From the sequence record MF547662.1: a DNA stretch of 64,000 nt. One strand, written 5' to 3'. The notes beneath the pieces were generated by a model. That model saw only the letters and a list, made by a program, of their open reading frames with translations, did no database searches and had not been told where the DNA came from. This stretch comes from Clostridioides phage LIBA6276. A program made the position numbers and the translations under genes. Shown here in pieces: positions 59,755 through 64,000 of the stretch (its first letter is position 1; each line of letters begins with the position of its first letter).

Positions 59755-60867
59755 TTAATTAGCTTTGAATAAATTTTCAGATATTCTATCTGAAGCTTCT
59801 TTATCCATTTCTTTAAGTACATGAGAATATACATTAAGAGTAGTATTAATATTTGAATGTCCCACCCTTTCAGATATAACCTTTATAGGTACTTTAGAAT
59901 TTATAAGTAAAGTAACATGTGAATGTCTTAAGTCATGAAATCTAATATGAGGTAAATCATTGTTCTCTAAGAATTTTCTAAATTTCTTACTCATTACATC
60001 TTCAGCAATTGGATTCCCTTTTCTATCAAAAAATAGTAAGTTATATTCATTTCTAACAATACTTCTCAATAACTTCTTATTCTGCTCCAGCCTATAATTT
60101 TTTAGTAAATTCATAAGCTCTATTGGTGCAAATATTTTTCTAACAGAGCTTTCTGTCTTTGGCTCTTTAAGTATAACAGAACCATCTAATCTACTAGTTA
60201 TCTTATTTACTGTTATTGTATTTTCATCAAAATCAATATTATCCCAAGTTAATCCCAAAACTTCTGAAAGTCTTAATCCTAGACCTATAGCTAAACTAAT
60301 AGGAAGCTCCATATTAGTTCCTTTAGCTAACTCTAATAATTTTAACATTTGTTCTTTATCATAAATTTCATTTTTAAATTTTTTAATTCTTGGACTTTCT
60401 ATACCATCTATAATATTTTCTTTTATTAACTTAATTCTATACGCTCTCTTTATTGCAAGTCTCAATACATTTATATGTACTTTAATAGTTTGAGGGTTTA
60501 AGTTACCAGCTAAATCATCTACATAATTCTGTATATGAATATTTCTCAACTCTTGAAGACGATATTTTCCAATAGAAGGATTAATATGATTTTTACAAAT
60601 AGCAATGTAACTTTTATATGTAGATGCCGAAATATTATCTTTATATTTTTCAAGAAAGTCTAATATAAATCCAGCTAGAGTGATTTCATTTGGAACAAGA
60701 AAACTATCTTTATATATACTGTCCTTAACTTCAGCCAATCTTTTATTAGCATCTCTCTTTTTATCAAAAGCTCCCATATTCTTTTGTTTTCTTTTTCCTG
60801 ATTCATCATCTCTAAATTCTAAGTACACTACATAATTTTTATTTCTTTTTCTTATAAAAGCGTTCAT
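59755..60867 (-). CDS. int: tyrosine integrase (phage integrase family)
   Basis: N-terminal SAM-like domain, catalytic R..(LRLSEVLGLTWDNIDF), HDLRHSHVT, Y (NVYSHV) motifs; RBS GGAGGG. Confidence 0.7.
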   Translation of the reverse strand: MNAFIRKRNKNYVVYLEFRDDESGKRKQKNMGAFDKKRDANKRLAEVKDSIYKDSFLVPNEITLAGFILDFLEKYKDNISASTYKSYIAICKNHINPSIGKYRLQELRNIHIQNYVDDLAGNLNPQTIKVHINVLRLAIKRAYRIKLIKENIIDGIESPRIKKFKNEIYDKEQMLKLLELAKGTNMELPISLAIGLGLRLSEVLGLTWDNIDFDENTITVNKITSRLDGSVILKEPKTESSVRKIFAPIELMNLLKNYRLEQNKKLLRSIVRNEYNLLFFDRKGNPIAEDVMSKKFRKFLENNDLPHIRFHDLRHSHVTLLINSKVPIKVISERVGHSNINTTLNVYSHVLKEMDKEASDRISENLFKAN

Positions 60868-61317
60868 GGTTATCCCTCCTATGAAAATTCATATACTTAT
60901 TATACCATACAGAGGAGGCAAAAAATAGTCATTTTAGCTGACTTTCAACTGACTTTTTTAATTCTTTTATTTATATAATTATTGAAATTACTTAGTTGTA
61001 AAGAAATAAGACATAGAATACACAATTCTATGTCTTATACTAGTAATTTATTTATTTTTTATATTTTGCGTTTTAAGCAATCGAATTTCTGAATAGGACT
61101 AATTATAAGCATTGATTTTTATAAAGCCTTAAAATCGAATTTAGAAGGTCATTTCGTTTTGATAAGTTTTAAATTCTAATTAAGTATTAGGATAATTAGA
61201 TAGTAAAGAGTTAATCTGGAATTTATTATATAAAACAACTTTAATAGTGGAAAATATAACTTTAAATGTGGTATAATATTTTATATAATAAATTATAAAA
61301 AGGAGGTTGATATATCT

Positions 61318-62160
61318 ATGAAACTTGATTTTAAACCAACAAAAGTACCTGAAATTGAAATACAGGATGCAGCAGGTATAAATTATCTAAACAGAATAGG
61401 TACAAAAAATAGTGATACTCATTATAAGATTACTAAAAATAGAGTTACTTTTAGAGTAAAAAAAGAAGATATATTTGTTAAATTTTTAGATAATGGTAAA
61501 AAAGAACTGAATGAAAAATATTACTTATATATCGAATATTTAAAAGAGACTATTTTAAAAGAAGAAGTTGAATCTTTTGAAATAGGATTTGAAAAAGCTA
61601 ATATTTGGGCTGATAAGCACTTAAGTGACTTTGAATATTTAAATTCATTAATTTGGGATATTAAAGAAAAGAGACAATCCAAAATATTAGAAGAAGAAAA
61701 TGTTGACACCCTAGAGAAGGCTAAAACTGTTAAATTTCCTTGTTTCTCAAAATACTCAGGTGAATATATATATGATGTAATGCAAACTGATTTAGAGCAT
61801 TGTGTTGCATATTATGCAGGAAATTTAAACAGTAAAGAATTTAACTTTTCAAGTGTTGGTGTTAATCAGTTAAATTACAATCCATCATCAGAAAGAACTA
61901 AAAGTTATAATTGCATAAAATATTTATTAGATACATTTTATCCTCATATATCAAAAAATTTATTAGCTTATTTTAAAGATATAAGTCTTGATGATGCAAA
62001 AAAAATTATTTTTACAAGTGGAAAATACAAAGGTAAAACAGCATATGATGTTTATAAAGAAAATAGAAGTTATTTAGAATGGTATTTACAAAATACAAAA
62101 AAAACTATATATAATATTAGAATGATAACAGCTATTAATCTAATTAAAGAATGTGAATAA
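61318..62160 (+). CDS. hypothetical protein
   Basis: 280 aa, AAGGAGG RBS, 2 nt upstream of transposase gene. Confidence 0.3.
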   Translation: MKLDFKPTKVPEIEIQDAAGINYLNRIGTKNSDTHYKITKNRVTFRVKKEDIFVKFLDNGKKELNEKYYLYIEYLKETILKEEVESFEIGFEKANIWADKHLSDFEYLNSLIWDIKEKRQSKILEEENVDTLEKAKTVKFPCFSKYSGEYIYDVMQTDLEHCVAYYAGNLNSKEFNFSSVGVNQLNYNPSSERTKSYNCIKYLLDTFYPHISKNLLAYFKDISLDDAKKIIFTSGKYKGKTAYDVYKENRSYLEWYLQNTKKTIYNIRMITAINLIKECE

Positions 62161-62162
62161 AA

Positions 62163-63473
62163 ATGGATGTATTAAATTTACCAGATTTTGAAGTTATTGA
62201 TACAATAATAAATGAACACGATATGACTGTAATTGTTAAACCTAAAAAAGAACCCACCATATGTTATGAATGTGGTTGCACTGAATATTATAAGCATGGA
62301 AAGTCTACACGTTCTGTTAAGGATTTAAATATTTTTGACAAACATGTAGTAATAGAAATACATAGTTATAGATATAAATGTAAACATTGTAATTCTACAT
62401 TCAATCAAAAATATAAAAGCATTGATGAAAGAGGTAAAATTACTATTAGATTAAGAAAACAGATAGAAAAAGAATCTCTTAAGAAACCATTTTCCAGTAT
62501 TGCAGATGAATATAGTGTTTCACCAACCACAGTAAAAAGAATGTTTGAAGTTTATATGAAGGAACTTGAAAAAAATATAGTTTACACTACCCCAATAGTG
62601 TTGAGTATAAATGGACTATATCTTAAGAACTCAGTAAGAGCTATATATATAGATGTAGTCCATCATAAAATTCTTGATATTCAAGCAACTAGAAATAAAA
62701 CTGATATCAAAGCATTTTTAAATAAATTTCCTAATAAAAAACAAATCGAAGTCATAATAATTGATATGTGCAAACATTGTAAAGAAGCAATTTATGAGGA
62801 ATTACCAAAGGTAAAAATTATTATAGATAGATTTCATGTTTTACAATTAATTACAAATGCCCTAGAAAAAGAAAGAAAGTCTTTTAAAGATACTTTAACA
62901 ATTAAGCAACGCAAAAAACTATTAAAAGATAAAATTTTACTATCAAAAAATAGAGAGGAATTAAAAGATGAACAAATACAGAATATGCAAACGATATTCA
63001 ATGAATTTCCACATTTAAAATTAGTATATGAGCTTAAGGAACAATTTAGAGATATTTATGGATGTCAAAATAAAGAAGATGCTTTTAAAATATATGAGAA
63101 ATGGAAATTGTCAGTTCCTAAAAATATGAAATATTACCAAGAGGTGATAAAAACAGTTGATAGTTGGTACTTAGAGATATTTAACTATTTTGGATATAGA
63201 ACAGCAAATACTTCTACTGAAAGCGTAAATAATTTAATTAAATATATTGAAAAAGCTGGAAAAGGTTATAGATTTGAAATTTTTAGAGCTAAGATATTAT
63301 TTGAAACAATAGCAACTAATAAACCTAAATATAACAAATTAACCTCAACTAAAATTGTAAATACCATCAAGTCTTTTAGTTGGGATGATTCATATAATAA
63401 AGAAAAATTAATAGAGGGATTCGGAGTTAATATTCCACAATTACTTGAAGTTTTCAAAAGTGATAGATTTTAA
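62163..63473 (+). CDS. ISL3-family transposase
   Basis: N-terminal Cys-pair zinc finger (CYECGC..C..C), central DDE region and DRFHVLQLITNALEKERK motif characteristic of ISL3 transposases. Confidence 0.65.
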   Translation: MDVLNLPDFEVIDTIINEHDMTVIVKPKKEPTICYECGCTEYYKHGKSTRSVKDLNIFDKHVVIEIHSYRYKCKHCNSTFNQKYKSIDERGKITIRLRKQIEKESLKKPFSSIADEYSVSPTTVKRMFEVYMKELEKNIVYTTPIVLSINGLYLKNSVRAIYIDVVHHKILDIQATRNKTDIKAFLNKFPNKKQIEVIIIDMCKHCKEAIYEELPKVKIIIDRFHVLQLITNALEKERKSFKDTLTIKQRKKLLKDKILLSKNREELKDEQIQNMQTIFNEFPHLKLVYELKEQFRDIYGCQNKEDAFKIYEKWKLSVPKNMKYYQEVIKTVDSWYLEIFNYFGYRTANTSTESVNNLIKYIEKAGKGYRFEIFRAKILFETIATNKPKYNKLTSTKIVNTIKSFSWDDSYNKEKLIEGFGVNIPQLLEVFKSDRF

Positions 63474-63777
63474 TTTGTTCTTTTATTTTTTCAATAATAC
63501 TTATGTTATATTATTAACAGATAAAAAAGTCATCTAAATTAATAGATGACTTAATCATTTTTATGCTACTTTTTCAATGTATTTTTCATTAACAACATAA
63601 GTCTTGAACTTATGTACTATCATTATATCCTGCATGTTCTCTAGTGTCATTATAACTCTAATTCATTTTTTCAATAGAAAATCTTAATCCTGTATAGATA
63701 TTTTCTAAATGATATAATGTCATACATTTGTCATCATAATAATAATTATATTTTTCCAGTATTATATATTTATTCAT

Positions 63778-64000
63778 TTATCTTATTCCAGTACTTCCGA
63801 AGCCATTCTTGCCTCTTTGTGATTCAGATAATTCATCTACAACTTTTAATATGGCTCTTGGCACTTGTTGAAATACACCTTGAGCTAATTTGGTATGTTT
63901 AGGAATTAGGATTTCAAAGTCTTCTTCATTATATGTAATTATTTTAATTTCACCTCTATAACCTGAATCAACTGTACCAAATCTTACTGTTGGATATATT
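63778..64000 (-). CDS. dut: dUTP diphosphatase (C-terminal part, runs off window)
   Basis: minus-strand translation ends ..SGYRGEIKIITYN...RGKNGFGSTGIR*, the dUTPase motif V. Confidence 0.65.
   Translation of the reverse strand, partial: IYPTVRFGTVDSGYRGEIKIITYNEEDFEILIPKHTKLAQGVFQQVPRAILKVVDELSESQRGKNGFGSTGIR

Noticed and set aside
1-64000. CRISPR arrays, tRNA or rRNA genes
   Set aside because: No regularly spaced short direct repeats with unique spacers were seen. All repeated elements found are few-copy and irregularly spaced. No cloverleaf-like GC-rich 70-90 nt segments or rRNA-like conserved stretches were recognised.

Overview
The window holds most of a temperate siphovirus-like prophage in a low-GC Firmicute. 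Several families point to Clostridioides difficile or a close relative: a CWB2 cell-wall-binding protein, a CD27L-like Amidase_3 endolysin, and C. difficile-style type I toxin-antitoxin loci.

Gene order on the + strand:
- Packaging and head: small and large terminase, portal, scaffold-like protein, major capsid candidate, head-tail connector genes.
- Tail: a major tail protein candidate and three small tail-assembly genes.
- A roughly 14 kb accessory island (13.4-27.8 kb) inserted before the tape measure gene. It carries four Bro-N/KilA-C antirepressor paralogs (one frameshifted) plus a degenerate fifth copy, an orphan LytTR response regulator, a MmeI-like Type IIG restriction-modification fusion enzyme, a convergent XRE repressor, a DUF559-like nuclease-domain protein, a membrane SHOCT protein and a lipoprotein. 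The last three each sit behind a copy of the same promoter/leader cassette, and a 36-aa tape-measure N-terminal remnant marks the recombination scar.
- A very large tape measure encoded as two ORFs (492 + 2022 aa) separated by a 322-nt structured non-coding insert.
- Three tandem type I toxin-antitoxin-like loci (small minus-strand membrane peptides with convergent + strand sRNAs).
- Tail tip genes: Dit-like and Tal-like proteins, a coiled-coil fibre, a 1627-aa protein built of RCC1-like beta-propeller repeats, and a glycine-rich fibre.
- Lysis: amidase, glucosaminidase-like lysin, holin, XhlA-like protein.
- A Xer-like tyrosine recombinase, then a lysogeny/conversion module: XRE regulator, BlaI/CopY-family repressor, secreted CWB2 cell-wall protein, and a fourth type I TA locus.
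- Right flank: a minus-strand large protein plus phage-type integrase, an ISL3-family transposase, and a partial dUTPase.

No tRNA, rRNA or CRISPR arrays were seen. Several conserved non-coding repeat elements recur: a post-terminator TTTTTTATGCAAAAAATGA motif, a 48-bp ATGACA direct-repeat element present in three copies, and duplicated promoter-leader cassettes.
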